IMG/VR virus record: IMGVR_UViG_2857192945_000001
Coordinates: 7,598 to 71,597 of that record
DNA length: 64,000 nucleotides
Reading direction: 5' to 3' (one strand)
Source: a virus
Lineage: Duplodnaviria > Caudoviricetes
A program made the translations under genes and the position numbers. Each line of letters begins with the position of its first letter. Position 1 is the first letter of the stretch. This document shows, piece after piece, positions 9,234 to 19,124 of this stretch. The notes under the pieces were generated by a model. The model saw only the letters and a program-made list of their open reading frames with translations. It was not told where the DNA came from and did no database searches.

Positions 9234-10689
9234 GATCAAGGCCACCGAACTCGTGGGGACGGACGTGAACTTCGTATCAATGGTGAAGCGGGGAGCGAAC
9301 CGCATCCCGTTCCGTATCACGAAAGGGGATGAACCCATGGACCTGTACAAAATTGGCCGCATGCTTCTGAACAAGGGCGAGCCTGAAGTGCCGGAGGTCG
9401 TTGCGGCTATTGTGCAGCCAGGCGTCGACGCTACCGCTCTGGCTCAGACGTTCAAGGACGCCGGCCTCGACCCGCTGCAGTACACTCCGGTGGAGAAGGA
9501 TGGCGTCGTCGTCATCGCCAAGGAGAACGCGGACGCGGCAAAGGACACCGTCGTCATCAAGGCGAATGAAGGTGTGGCTTTTGTCGTATCGAATATGAAG
9601 AAGGCGTTCATGGACTACGATTACGAGTCCAAGGACTTCCTCACCGTCCTGAAGACCAACGGTTTCTACCCGACGCTTTGCGCCGCACACGATGCCTTTG
9701 CCACGACGGTATCCAATATCCTCTACGAAGCAACCAGCCCGTCTGAGGCTGCCCAGGCAATTTCCAAGGCTGCTGACGATTTCAAGACCTACGTCACGGC
9801 AATGGCTTCGTCACTGCCGGTGCAGGCTTTCAAGATGGAAGTCGCATTGGCCAAGGCTGATGCAGGCAAGAATGGTACTGGCGCCGGCTTCGAAGCTGGT
9901 AAGGGCACGGGAACCACGCCAAGCGCAACGGCTGACGACGCCGCGCACACTGCAATTAACAGCACTGGCGAACCGACCCACGGCAATCCCGACGAACAGC
10001 CTGTCGAAACTCACAAGTCTGACGCCGACAAGGGCAAAGACGAGATGAAGGACAAGGAGAAGGAAGAAGCCAAGAAGGACGAGCTCAAGGGCGTCCCTCA
10101 GCCGACCGGCCATGAGCCTGGTGACGCTGGTGGCTTCGCAGCCGCTCCTGCCGACACGCAGCGCGCCGTTTCCCACGCCTCTGCCGACGACAAGAAGATG
10201 AAGCTGAATGGTGGCACGACCGGCAGCTCCATCCCGGACGGCGACAGCGGGCTCGCACGCTTCGGCGGTGTGAAGAAGGAAGAAGAGCCAGTCCAGAAGA
10301 ACGAAGGCGACGACAAGATTGGTGGTGAGCAGCAGACGCTCCCTGAAGACCAGTCCGGTTCGGGCGCCCAGCAGGCTGCCGAGGTCAAGCCGACCGCAGC
10401 CGATCTCACGAAATCCGACAACGCCGACATTCTGGCGGCAATCGCTGCCCTCCAGAAGAGCGTCTCGGAACAGGTCAACGGCCTCCAGTCCCGCATGGAG
10501 AAGCAGGTCGGTGATCTGAACGCCCGAGTCGATCAGGTAGCCACCATGGCTCGCAAGACCGACGCGGCACTGAACGGCACCGTGTTCGCGGAAGATCCGG
10601 GCGACCGGGTTCGCACTTCCAAGTCGGAAGCTCATTCCGGTGAAATCCCACTTCTCGACACTGCCATCTCTCGCATCAGCGCCGCGTAA
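9220..10689 (+). CDS. Capsid scaffolding/assembly protein
   Basis: Acidic low-complexity middle, C-terminal coiled coil, immediately upstream of capsid gene. Confidence 0.6.
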   Translation: MPKLEIKATELVGTDVNFVSMVKRGANRIPFRITKGDEPMDLYKIGRMLLNKGEPEVPEVVAAIVQPGVDATALAQTFKDAGLDPLQYTPVEKDGVVVIAKENADAAKDTVVIKANEGVAFVVSNMKKAFMDYDYESKDFLTVLKTNGFYPTLCAAHDAFATTVSNILYEATSPSEAAQAISKAADDFKTYVTAMASSLPVQAFKMEVALAKADAGKNGTGAGFEAGKGTGTTPSATADDAAHTAINSTGEPTHGNPDEQPVETHKSDADKGKDEMKDKEKEEAKKDELKGVPQPTGHEPGDAGGFAAAPADTQRAVSHASADDKKMKLNGGTTGSSIPDGDSGLARFGGVKKEEEPVQKNEGDDKIGGEQQTLPEDQSGSGAQQAAEVKPTAADLTKSDNADILAAIAALQKSVSEQVNGLQSRMEKQVGDLNARVDQVATMARKTDAALNGTVFAEDPGDRVRTSKSEAHSGEIPLLDTAISRISAA

Positions 10690-10729
10690 TGCGGAAGGCA
10701 AGCAAAGTACAGCGAAAGGAACTATATCC

Positions 10730-11707
10730 ATGACGACCAATTCCAGCCTCCTCCGCAAAGCCGATCTGGTGATCGAGGACCTGCGCGCAAATGGCGGCGA
10801 ACTGCTCCCTGAACAGGGTGCCGCTTTCATTCGCAAGCTGATCAAACAGCCGACCCTGATCCGGCAGTGCCGTGTGGTCGAAATGCTGGCTCCGAAGCGT
10901 AAGATCAACAAGATCGGCTTCGGCAAGCGTATCCTCCGCAAGGCCACCTCCGGCGTAGCTCTGACCCAGGCTCAGCGCTCCAAGCCGACGACCGAACAGC
11001 TCGAGCTGGATACGAAGGAACAGATCGCAGAAGTTCGTCTGCCGTATGACGTTCTCGAAGACAACATCGAGCGCGCCATCTCGGCAAACAACGAAGCGTC
11101 CAACACCGGCCCAGGCGGTCTCCGTCAGACCATCATTGACCTGATCGCTGAGCGTGCTGCTCTCGACTTGGAAGAGCTGGCGCTGCTCGCTGACAAGGCG
11201 TACGTAAACGCTGCTGACCAGGACGATCAGGATTACCTGAGCCAGCTCGACGGTTGGTTGAAGCGTGCCAAGACCACCGGTCATGCGGTCGATGCTGGCA
11301 ATCAGACGATCAACAAGTCTATCTTTAAGAAGGGCTTGAAGTCGCTTCCGTCGCAGTATCAGCGGAACAAGGCTGCTCTGACCCACTTCGTGTCGGTCAA
11401 CAACGCCACGGAATACCGGGACACCCTCGCTGACCGCGGTACTGGTCTCGGTGACAACATGGTGCAGGGCAACAGCCCACTGTTTGCTTTCGGGTCTAGC
11501 GTTGCTGACGTTGCTCTGATGCCGGAAGAAGAAGGGCTGTACACCGATCCGCTGAACCTTATCTTTGGCATCCAGCGTCAGGTTTCGATGGAATTTGACA
11601 AGGATATCACGGCTCGTGTGTACATCATCGTACTGACCACCCGCGTCGACTTCCAGATCGAAGAGCCAGATGCGATCGTGGCCTACGAAAACATCGCTGA
11701 AGAATAA
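10730..11707 (+). CDS. Major capsid protein (HK97 fold)
   Basis: 325 aa, AAAGGA SD, GGELLPEQ, YDVLEDNIE, DGWLK, NLIFG motifs; strongly biased codons; downstream hairpin. Confidence 0.88.
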   Translation: MTTNSSLLRKADLVIEDLRANGGELLPEQGAAFIRKLIKQPTLIRQCRVVEMLAPKRKINKIGFGKRILRKATSGVALTQAQRSKPTTEQLELDTKEQIAEVRLPYDVLEDNIERAISANNEASNTGPGGLRQTIIDLIAERAALDLEELALLADKAYVNAADQDDQDYLSQLDGWLKRAKTTGHAVDAGNQTINKSIFKKGLKSLPSQYQRNKAALTHFVSVNNATEYRDTLADRGTGLGDNMVQGNSPLFAFGSSVADVALMPEEEGLYTDPLNLIFGIQRQVSMEFDKDITARVYIIVLTTRVDFQIEEPDAIVAYENIAEE

Positions 11708-11729
11708 GCGATATGCAATTAATTGCAAA

Positions 11730-11766
11730 AATGGGCAGTCTGATTTAGGCTGCCCATTATTGTTTG
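11730..11766 (+). terminator. Hairpin after capsid gene, possible terminator
   Basis: AATGGGCAGTC / GGCTGCCCATT inverted repeat followed by ATTGTTT, directly after palindrome 11714. Confidence 0.5.
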
Positions 11767-11793
11767 AGAGGCAGAAAAGCTAAGGAGAGCACA

Positions 11794-12405
11794 ATGCCAA
11801 AAGTAGAACTTCTTCGCCCGCGCAGCCTGAACACCCGCGGAATTTTGTTCGTTCAGCGCGTTCCACGCGAGGACATTCCGGTCGATATCGCACTCGAACT
11901 TATGGAAGATGAACGGTTCAAGGTGACGGGTATCACTGCTGCTGATCTTGCGGCCACCGGCGACAAGCCTCGCAAAAAGGCCGATCTCCATGCAGCTATC
12001 CTTGATGCGATCGATGAGCTGGACGTGGACGATGAAGACGCGTTCACCGCTTCTGGCAAGCCGCACCACCTCGCGATTTCCAAGGTACTTGGCTTCGATA
12101 TTTCGGCGGAAGAGCGGGACGCTGCCATGCGTGCGGGCACGGCACGAGGTGCTCTCGTCTCCGGTGAAGGCGAAGGCCATGACAAAGAGGAAGCGGCACC
12201 CGCGGCGAAGCCGGCCAAGAAAGCCGGTAAGGGCGGCGTCGTCATTAACCGAGGCAAGCAGCAGGCGAAGAAGGAAGAGCTTCTGACCAAGCTGAATACC
12301 GTTGGTGGCGAGAAACCCGCCGAGCAGGAAAAGGAACCGGAAGACGCCGGCACTGGTGAAGACCAGGAGATCGACGACTCTACCGACGGCGCCCTGGAGG
12401 TCTAA
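11794..12405 (+). CDS. Head-associated hypothetical protein
   Basis: TAAGGAG SD; FTASGKP...LGFDISAEERD motif resembles small proteins often found after capsid genes. Confidence 0.6.
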   Translation: MPKVELLRPRSLNTRGILFVQRVPREDIPVDIALELMEDERFKVTGITAADLAATGDKPRKKADLHAAILDAIDELDVDDEDAFTASGKPHHLAISKVLGFDISAEERDAAMRAGTARGALVSGEGEGHDKEEAAPAAKPAKKAGKGGVVINRGKQQAKKEELLTKLNTVGGEKPAEQEKEPEDAGTGEDQEIDDSTDGALEV

Positions 12406-12408
12406 TTC

Positions 12409-13023
12409 ATGCTGCTCGCCTCTGTGAAGGACATTCGGGACCCGCTCGGTTTCGACGACATGACCGATATCAACGATGCCATCAAAATGGCGTTGAACGC
12501 GGCTGAACCTCAGATCGCAGCGCGTCTGAATACCACCTTCACGCGGGGCGAGCACATCGACACGTTCTGGGTTCCCGAGCCGACAATTCGGGAGCCAGGG
12601 GTCAATCGCACCGAGTTCCGCCTCACATACGGTATGGTGACCGAGATCACCTCCGCGACGGCCACGAACAATCCGATGCTGTTTTCCGATGCTCAGCAGG
12701 CCGATCTTGGCTCTGTGCTGGTCTGGAACAAGGAGAAAGGCGTCGGTCGCGACTGGAAGACGGCCTATTACCGCCAGACTGTCGAGATCAAGTACACCTA
12801 CGGCTTCGAACCATCGGCAGATGACGCGGAGTCCTACAAACTCGATCAGGTTCCGAAGTGGTTGCAGGAAGCCGCCCGCATCCTCGCGCTGATCCACCTC
12901 TCCAGCCAGCCGGCGCTGACGGAGGCTGAGATCAAGCTCGACAGCAAGATGCTGACCGCTCAGTACGAAGCCCTGATCAAGCAGCACATTCGATACGCGC
13001 CTATGGCCCTGCTTCCGATGTGA
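12409..13023 (+). CDS. Head-tail adaptor/connector
   Basis: LASVKDIR start, VEIKYTYGF...VPKWLQEA pattern; synteny. Confidence 0.65.
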   Translation: MLLASVKDIRDPLGFDDMTDINDAIKMALNAAEPQIAARLNTTFTRGEHIDTFWVPEPTIREPGVNRTEFRLTYGMVTEITSATATNNPMLFSDAQQADLGSVLVWNKEKGVGRDWKTAYYRQTVEIKYTYGFEPSADDAESYKLDQVPKWLQEAARILALIHLSSQPALTEAEIKLDSKMLTAQYEALIKQHIRYAPMALLPM

Positions 13024-13030
13024 GGTGGGA

Positions 13031-13684
13031 ATGGCGACTTCTCTTACTCTCGAGTTTCAGTTCAGGAACAAGCGCTTCAGGAACGCCGAGGCCGGTCTTC
13101 GCACGTTCCACCAGCATCTGAAGAAGAGCTGGGACGGGTCGGCTAAGGTGCTCAGCCAGGAGCTCAGGGATTTCCTCGACAGCGTGGTTGAAGCCCTCGT
13201 GCAGCGTCACTCCGGTTCATGGCCTGGAGGCACCTCCTCGAACACGCTGTCCAAGCGATCCGGCAAAATGCTCCAGAGCATTGTTGACAGTGTGCAGGTG
13301 GAAGGCACGACATTCTCGACCATCAGGGGATCGATCGGCGGCTCGAAGGTGGCAGCTGTCCAAGAGTTTGGGGCCACGATCAAGCCTCGTAAGGCCAAGT
13401 ACCTGACGATCCCCCTGCCGGCAGCCCTTAATTCAGACGGCACGCCGAAGAAGAGATCCGCCAGAGAATGGGACAACACCTTCGTTGCCAAGAGCAGAGC
13501 CGGCAACCTGATCATTTTCCAGAAGCGCGGGACCCAGATCGTCCCGCTTTATGTATTGAAGACCAGCGTAACGATCCCGCCACGCCTCGGTATGCGCAAG
13601 ACCCTCGATGCGGGCTTACCATACTTTGTAGAGAAGTCGATGGACTCGATCGTGCGCTCGGTCCTTTCGGCCAAGGGAGGCTGA
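13031..13684 (+). CDS. Neck/tail completion (virion morphogenesis) protein
   Basis: RSGKMLQSI, AAVQEFGATIKP, VTIPPR motifs; basic; synteny. Confidence 0.65.
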   Translation: MATSLTLEFQFRNKRFRNAEAGLRTFHQHLKKSWDGSAKVLSQELRDFLDSVVEALVQRHSGSWPGGTSSNTLSKRSGKMLQSIVDSVQVEGTTFSTIRGSIGGSKVAAVQEFGATIKPRKAKYLTIPLPAALNSDGTPKKRSAREWDNTFVAKSRAGNLIIFQKRGTQIVPLYVLKTSVTIPPRLGMRKTLDAGLPYFVEKSMDSIVRSVLSAKGG

Positions 13685-13685
13685 C

Positions 13686-14156
13686 ATGCCCGATACGCCT
13701 AGCGTGCGCCAGCAGATCCTCGAGAACGTCCTAGTGGCTTACCGGTCCGTGAAGGAGCCGGATTGGCCGATGACTTTCAGCACGGTCGAGATGGGACCGC
13801 TCAGCGGAGAAGACCACCGCAAACGCTACTCGATAGGCATCGTTCAAGGTCCCGAGAAGGAGCGCTTCACGTTCCCGTTCATCGAATGCAATCTGCAGGT
13901 GGGCGTGGAGTTCCGCGTTACGGTCAACAAGGGCGACCCCAAGCCATCGATTATGGCCGAGGAGACGCTCACTGTCCTGAAGCGGGTGATGGACCAGAAC
14001 CGCAAATGGGGCGGCCTGGCGATCGACACGAAGCGCATCGGCAACGACATTGATCTCAACACTTACCTCGACAAGAGCGTGGTAGGAGTGATGTTCATGG
14101 AGGTCATGTTCCGGCATTCGCACTTCGACCCTCGAGACCCGCACCCGGATCGCTAG
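13686..14156 (+). CDS. Putative tail terminator
   Basis: SVRQQILENV start, WGGLAID motif, 156 aa, synteny. Confidence 0.55.
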   Translation: MPDTPSVRQQILENVLVAYRSVKEPDWPMTFSTVEMGPLSGEDHRKRYSIGIVQGPEKERFTFPFIECNLQVGVEFRVTVNKGDPKPSIMAEETLTVLKRVMDQNRKWGGLAIDTKRIGNDIDLNTYLDKSVVGVMFMEVMFRHSHFDPRDPHPDR

Positions 14157-14238
14157 GTGCACCTGACGGTTCCCTGGAAGATTACAATTTTAGCGCTGTG
14201 TGCAATTAATTGCAGATCTTAGATTGATCGAGGCGACC

Positions 14239-14625
14239 ATGAGTTTGCGAGCAGCCCTACCGAAAGAAGTCACTAGCATATCCCCTGGGTATGCTTGGCG
14301 CATGTACATAGACATGAAATTCGACGGGGAGCGCCCGACTGACTGGCCTGACTGGGTAATCCGGATGCACATCTGGAGCGAGGGCATTCAGATCAAGCTC
14401 ACCAAGGAAAGCGGCATCACCTTCGAAGAGGTCGACATGGGTGCCGAAGGCATCCAGTTGATCCCGGTCTTCGAGATCGATGCGGCGACCACCGAGCAGT
14501 TCCGCGGGCATATGAACCCGATCCAGTACGCCGTCGACCTGGCCGCGCCGGATGACATTTCGACCATGTATTTCACCGGGAACATCGAACTGCTGATGAG
14601 CCCGCCTGCGGGGATGCTCGGATGA
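14239..14625 (+). CDS. Virion structural protein, putative fibre adaptor
   Basis: GAGG SD then ATG 14239; beta-rich; translationally coupled to fibre gene. Confidence 0.5.
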   Translation: MSLRAALPKEVTSISPGYAWRMYIDMKFDGERPTDWPDWVIRMHIWSEGIQIKLTKESGITFEEVDMGAEGIQLIPVFEIDAATTEQFRGHMNPIQYAVDLAAPDDISTMYFTGNIELLMSPPAGMLG

Positions 14626-16400
14626 CCACTGAAGTAACTGTTCTCGTCAAAAACGTCATCGCGAACGCCCAGACGCGCACCATCGTTGTCGTCGAGGTTC
14701 CTCTGCAGCGCGGTCCTCGTGGCAAGCAGGGCATCAAGGGAGACAAGGGTGATCCCGGCCTCGGTGATATGCTCAAGTCTGAGTACGACGTCGACGGTGA
14801 TGGTGTCGTGGATCACGCCAAGCAGGCTGATGAGGTGCCGTGGGGTGGCGTGCAGGGCAAGCCTGACGTCTTCCCTCCTGCAGAACATGGTCACGCGGTT
14901 GCCACCGTAGAGCAGTCAGGTTTCATGTCCGCTGCCGACAAGCAGAAGATGGATGACCTCGGCAATGCCGTACGCTTCGACAAGAACCAGGCACTCAATG
15001 CGACTCAGAAGGCTCAGGGGCGCAGCAATATCAGCGCAGCGTCACTCGGAGTCGACGGCAAGGTTCCTTTGGAAGAGCTTCCGGATGACCTGTTCGGAGA
15101 TATCGTCACTGTCTCTAGCGAAGCAGAGATGCTCGCGCTCGTGGTGCCCAAGGGATCGATCGCGGTTCGTACGGACGTCCAGAAGAACTTCATTCTGAAG
15201 TCTGAACCGGCATCGACGCTCGCAAACTGGGTCGAGCTGGCTACGCCTACGGCGCCGGTAACCTCGGTGGCCGGTAGGGGCGGCAATGTGACCCTGGCTT
15301 CGGCAGACATTACCGATCTTGGCGACACCCTGACCCAGCACACTGTACGCTTCGACCAAGTTCAGGATCTGACGCCTGCGCAGAAAGGTCAGGCTCGTGC
15401 CAACATCGACGCAGGCATCCTTTCTGGATGGCGTAATAAGATCATCAATGGTGATTTCCCTATCAATCAGCGCGGCAACAGGAACCTTGCCCCAGGCGAG
15501 AACATGATCGTTCTCGACCGCTGGTATGTGACGAACAACACAAATCAGACGGTGGGCGTCTCGCAGCAACCGTTCGCGTTGGGTCAAACTGACGTTCCCG
15601 GAGAACCCGCGTTTTATCTTAACCTCAATTTCCCCGTCGCGCCTACATCGGGGACCGTTGGCATCACACAGCGTATCGAAAGCGTCAGGACGCTTGCAAA
15701 CAGGAAGGCGACGGTTACGGCCTATACATCAGGCCCTTCTGTGAACGGTGGTTCGCTCACCTGTTCACTGGGGCAGAATTTCGGCGCGGGCGGTAGTCCA
15801 TCGGAGTCAGTCATCACCGATGTTCCGCTGAATATCGGAACAGTCTTTGACGCCGCAACCCGAAAGAGGCAGGGCGTGATTGATATGCCGTCTATCGCTG
15901 GGAAGACTCTCGGGACTTCACATGATGGTTACGTTGCTCTGGCCTTTACTCTGACGCCTCGCGCAGTCGGCAATTACTCGATCGCGCATGTTTCGGTCGT
16001 CGAAGGTGACGCAACCTTTGAAGACGACCCGTTTTCGCCAAGACATATTCAGCAGGAAATTGCGCTCTGTGAGAGATACTACCAACGGTACACGCAGGGT
16101 CCCTCTTGGCTCGGAGTTGGTACAGCAATGGCCGGTGAGCTTCGTGGCAGGATTACCATCGGTTTGACTACTACTATGCGAGCGAACCCATCCGCCAGTG
16201 TTGTCGGCGGTGCATCATACTTTAATGGCTCATGGATCGATACCACCATGGGTTTCGAGGCCGCGCTTGCTAATATGGTTACATTCACATTCTCAGTTCC
16301 CGCGTATGAAACACCGACTACTGCGCCTCTATGGTTGGTGAGAATGTCTAATTCTAACAACACTATTTGGGGCTATATCGTTCTTAACGCAGAACTGTAA
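14622..16400 (+). CDS. Tail/side fibre protein
   Basis: Short GXY stretch GPRGKQGIKGDKGDPG, VTSVAGRGGNVTL, two LxxxQKxQxRxNI repeats, WRNKIINGDF, EIALCERYY fibre motifs. Confidence 0.8.
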   Translation: MTTEVTVLVKNVIANAQTRTIVVVEVPLQRGPRGKQGIKGDKGDPGLGDMLKSEYDVDGDGVVDHAKQADEVPWGGVQGKPDVFPPAEHGHAVATVEQSGFMSAADKQKMDDLGNAVRFDKNQALNATQKAQGRSNISAASLGVDGKVPLEELPDDLFGDIVTVSSEAEMLALVVPKGSIAVRTDVQKNFILKSEPASTLANWVELATPTAPVTSVAGRGGNVTLASADITDLGDTLTQHTVRFDQVQDLTPAQKGQARANIDAGILSGWRNKIINGDFPINQRGNRNLAPGENMIVLDRWYVTNNTNQTVGVSQQPFALGQTDVPGEPAFYLNLNFPVAPTSGTVGITQRIESVRTLANRKATVTAYTSGPSVNGGSLTCSLGQNFGAGGSPSESVITDVPLNIGTVFDAATRKRQGVIDMPSIAGKTLGTSHDGYVALAFTLTPRAVGNYSIAHVSVVEGDATFEDDPFSPRHIQQEIALCERYYQRYTQGPSWLGVGTAMAGELRGRITIGLTTTMRANPSASVVGGASYFNGSWIDTTMGFEAALANMVTFTFSVPAYETPTTAPLWLVRMSNSNNTIWGYIVLNAEL

Positions 16401-16438
16401 TCTCTCTGATTAGGCCGTGCACTAGATATGAGATAAAG

Positions 16439-16843
16439 ATGAACGAGAGAAACTTCGAATATGTCCGCAAGACGGAACAGGGGTTCGCCTTTAAATACGA
16501 AGGTGGTGAAGCGGAAAGCTTCGTGAACGACAATGCGGAAGGTAATAACGACTTCCATAACATCGAAGCGTGGATTGCTGCGGGAAACACGATCGAACAG
16601 GTCGAGGCCCCAGCCGCCCCGCTGGTAACGGTCATACCATCGGTAACTCTGTGGGAGCGCATGACCGAGGCTGAAGCTGCTCAGGTGGAAGCCGCCATGT
16701 CCCGTCAGCCGTTCAGAACCCGCCAGATTTTCATGACGGCCAATACGTTCCGCTCAGACCATGAACTGTGGCCCCTCCTTGTGAGTATGGCCACCGATCT
16801 GTTTGGCGAGACCCGAACGGCAGAACTTCTCGCAAAACCGTAA
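16439..16843 (+). CDS. Putative fibre assembly chaperone
   Basis: WIAAGNTIE motif, position immediately after fibre gene. Confidence 0.55.
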   Translation: MNERNFEYVRKTEQGFAFKYEGGEAESFVNDNAEGNNDFHNIEAWIAAGNTIEQVEAPAAPLVTVIPSVTLWERMTEAEAAQVEAAMSRQPFRTRQIFMTANTFRSDHELWPLLVSMATDLFGETRTAELLAKP

Positions 16844-16940
16844 GCCGGAGTCGCCGGCATACCACGCACACGCACACACGTTGACCCTCGCCTCTGATTT
16901 GCAATTAATTGCACACGTTCACAGAGGCGAGGATTGTGCA

Positions 16941-17141
16941 GTGACCAAGCTCAAGATCAGCAAGACCCAGGAACAGGCCGACGAACCGGATCACGAAGTG
17001 CCGGTCGATGAGTCTGTTGCCGAGGCGGTAGCCGAAGAGGTCGCCGCTGAGCCTGAAGCTACACCTGCAGTCCAGGCCGAAGAGTACGGGAAGGGCGGCA
17101 CGTACCGCTCGATTGGGGGAGGTAAGCGGGTTCGCGTCTGA
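16941..17141 (+). CDS. Small acidic hypothetical protein
   Basis: GAGGA SD then GTG 16941; ends GGTYRSIGGGKRVRV. Confidence 0.55.
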   Translation: MTKLKISKTQEQADEPDHEVPVDESVAEAVAEEVAAEPEATPAVQAEEYGKGGTYRSIGGGKRVRV

Positions 17142-17177
17142 GCCCGTCCTCCGCACTAACAAGGAAAGGTGCCCCAA

Positions 17178-17462
17178 ATGGCTCTCCAGAAGCTCAAGAA
17201 AGGTTTTTTCTCCGGCACGTCGAAGATCTTCGACGGCACGCTCGAGAAGCTCATTAACTCCATCATTGATGCAGTGAATGCTGGGGGTGGCGGTGCTGCT
17301 TATACCGACGCTGACGCTGTAAACGCCGTCAAGACCAAACAGCAGATCGTCTCTCTGACTGAAGTGTCCGTAGCGGACGCTACCACAGCTGAGGAGGCCG
17401 TCGCAGTGGCGAACGCCAACAAGGCTGCCATCAACGCGGTCATCGCGGCTCTCAAGGCGTGA
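17178..17462 (+). CDS. Putative head fibre/decoration protein
   Basis: AAGGAAAGG SD; C-terminal VADATT...AAINAVIAALKA resembles head-fibre C-termini. Confidence 0.5.
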   Translation: MALQKLKKGFFSGTSKIFDGTLEKLINSIIDAVNAGGGGAAYTDADAVNAVKTKQQIVSLTEVSVADATTAEEAVAVANANKAAINAVIAALKA

Positions 17463-17500
17463 GCTGACGGTAGGCGCACTCCAGAAGAAGGAAATAAGCT

Positions 17501-18748
17501 ATGACCGTTGCAGCCCCGCTCCTCACGCGCCGCGCCGTGCTTCAGGCCGCGATCGAGGCGACCTACCGTGAGGAAGCAGCCGTCGGTCTCAACGATGCAC
17601 TCTACGTCGAAGAGCCCGACTACCAGATCAACCTCAACCTGCTCGAACGTAACTTCGCTCGTGACGATTTGTCTCCGCTCCCAAACATTGTTGGGCGGCG
17701 CTTGGCGTCCATGACGTTTACGACCGAGCTCAAGGGCAATGGCGCGCAGAACAGCGGCGTTCTCGCAGACGCTCCGCTCATCTCTCGCCTGTTTCGCGCT
17801 TGCGGCTACTCGCTGACCGCCAACGCTGCTGCAGACAGCACCGTGGTTTACCCAGTCGGTAATCATACCGTTGAGGTGACCTGGGGTGTATCTGTCGCAG
17901 GGGCCACACACACCGACGTGATCAACTTCGTTCTCGAAGTCACGACGGGTGGTGCTTCCGGCGTAGCAGAGATCACCGTTACCTCCGACACCGACGGCCA
18001 GGGCAGCGCTGCTGCAGCCGTTACCTCGGGTACGGCGATCACGCTTGGCACAACCGGCATCGAGGTGACTCCGGAATGGACTGGCAACCTGGCTGCCGGC
18101 ACCCGCTGGACGATCTGGGCATTGCCGAAGGGTCTCCGTCTCGATCCTGTCTCCGACAACTTCGAGAGCTTGACCATGGTGCTGAACATGGACGGCGTTG
18201 AGCACAAGATGCTCGGTTCGCTGGGCACGTTCTCGATCACCGCGGAAGCCGGTAACTACGCTCGTATCGAATGGGAGTTCCAGGGAACCTTCATCGATCC
18301 GATCGACAAGCCGATGCCGATCGCCAACTACGAGAAGTCGCTGCCGTCTCAGGTGGAACTGGCTCGCCTCCGGGTCGACCAGGACTACGTGATCGTCAAC
18401 GCCTTCAACTACACGCAGGCGAACGACATTCAGGTCCGTCCGGACGTCAGCTCCAAAGAAGGCTACGTCGGCACCCGTATCGTCTCTCGTGCTCCGGAAG
18501 GCGGTATCGACCCTGAAGCCGAACTGGTCGCGAACCACGACTTCTGGGGCAAGATGGGTGCGGCTGAGCGCATGACCTTCCAGATGCGTTGCGGCACCGA
18601 GCCTGGCAACACGGTATGGTTCCTGTCGCCAAGCGTGCAGTACACCGGCCTGACCTACCAGGATCGTAACGGTATCCGCACCTACGACGCACAGCTGCGC
18701 TTCTCTCGCGTTCTTGGCAACGACGAGCTCTGCATTGTCCTCGTCTGA
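17501..18748 (+). CDS. Major tail tube protein
   Basis: 415 aa beta-rich protein upstream of chaperone/tape measure; biased codons; followed by terminator. Confidence 0.75.
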   Translation: MTVAAPLLTRRAVLQAAIEATYREEAAVGLNDALYVEEPDYQINLNLLERNFARDDLSPLPNIVGRRLASMTFTTELKGNGAQNSGVLADAPLISRLFRACGYSLTANAAADSTVVYPVGNHTVEVTWGVSVAGATHTDVINFVLEVTTGGASGVAEITVTSDTDGQGSAAAAVTSGTAITLGTTGIEVTPEWTGNLAAGTRWTIWALPKGLRLDPVSDNFESLTMVLNMDGVEHKMLGSLGTFSITAEAGNYARIEWEFQGTFIDPIDKPMPIANYEKSLPSQVELARLRVDQDYVIVNAFNYTQANDIQVRPDVSSKEGYVGTRIVSRAPEGGIDPEAELVANHDFWGKMGAAERMTFQMRCGTEPGNTVWFLSPSVQYTGLTYQDRNGIRTYDAQLRFSRVLGNDELCIVLV

Positions 18749-18780
18749 GGTATGCAATCAATTGCATAATGCGGCGAAGC

Positions 18781-18815
18781 CTGGGGGAGAGTGGAGACGC
18801 TCTCCCCTAGTTTTT
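18781..18815 (+). terminator. Intrinsic terminator after tail tube gene
   Basis: GGGGAGAGT-GGAGAC-GCTCTCCCC stem-loop followed by TAGTTTTT. Confidence 0.65.
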
Positions 18816-18828
18816 CAAGGAGCGGAAA

Positions 18829-19029
18829 ATGGGCAGGTACACTGTCAAGGTCTACATCGTGCAGCAGGCTGACAAGGACGGGAACCTTATCGGACCTGTG
18901 CTCGCGGCCAAGTTGACCTACGCCGATGCGCATGAGATCGCCAAGAAGTTCGCCCCCGCCAAGGTCACCTGTTTCATCGCGGACAAGAACGCAGCGCCAA
19001 ACAACCCGGACCATACAGCAGTCCACTAG
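18829..19029 (+). CDS. Small hypothetical protein bracketed by two palindromes
   Basis: AAGGAG SD, 66 aa, palindromes at 18753 and 19033. Confidence 0.65.
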   Translation: MGRYTVKVYIVQQADKDGNLIGPVLAAKLTYADAHEIAKKFAPAKVTCFIADKNAAPNNPDHTAVH

Positions 19030-19124
19030 GATTGCAATTAATTGCACAGCGTCATCGCCTCTCGTAAATTGCCGGCACTGTCCATGTGGGCAGCCACATC
19101 GCCACGCAGCCAGGAGGCAGATAG

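Noticed and set aside
16861-16880. Short CA/CG-rich run ACCACGCACACGCACACACG
   Set aside because: Too short and imperfect to support a phase-variable repeat
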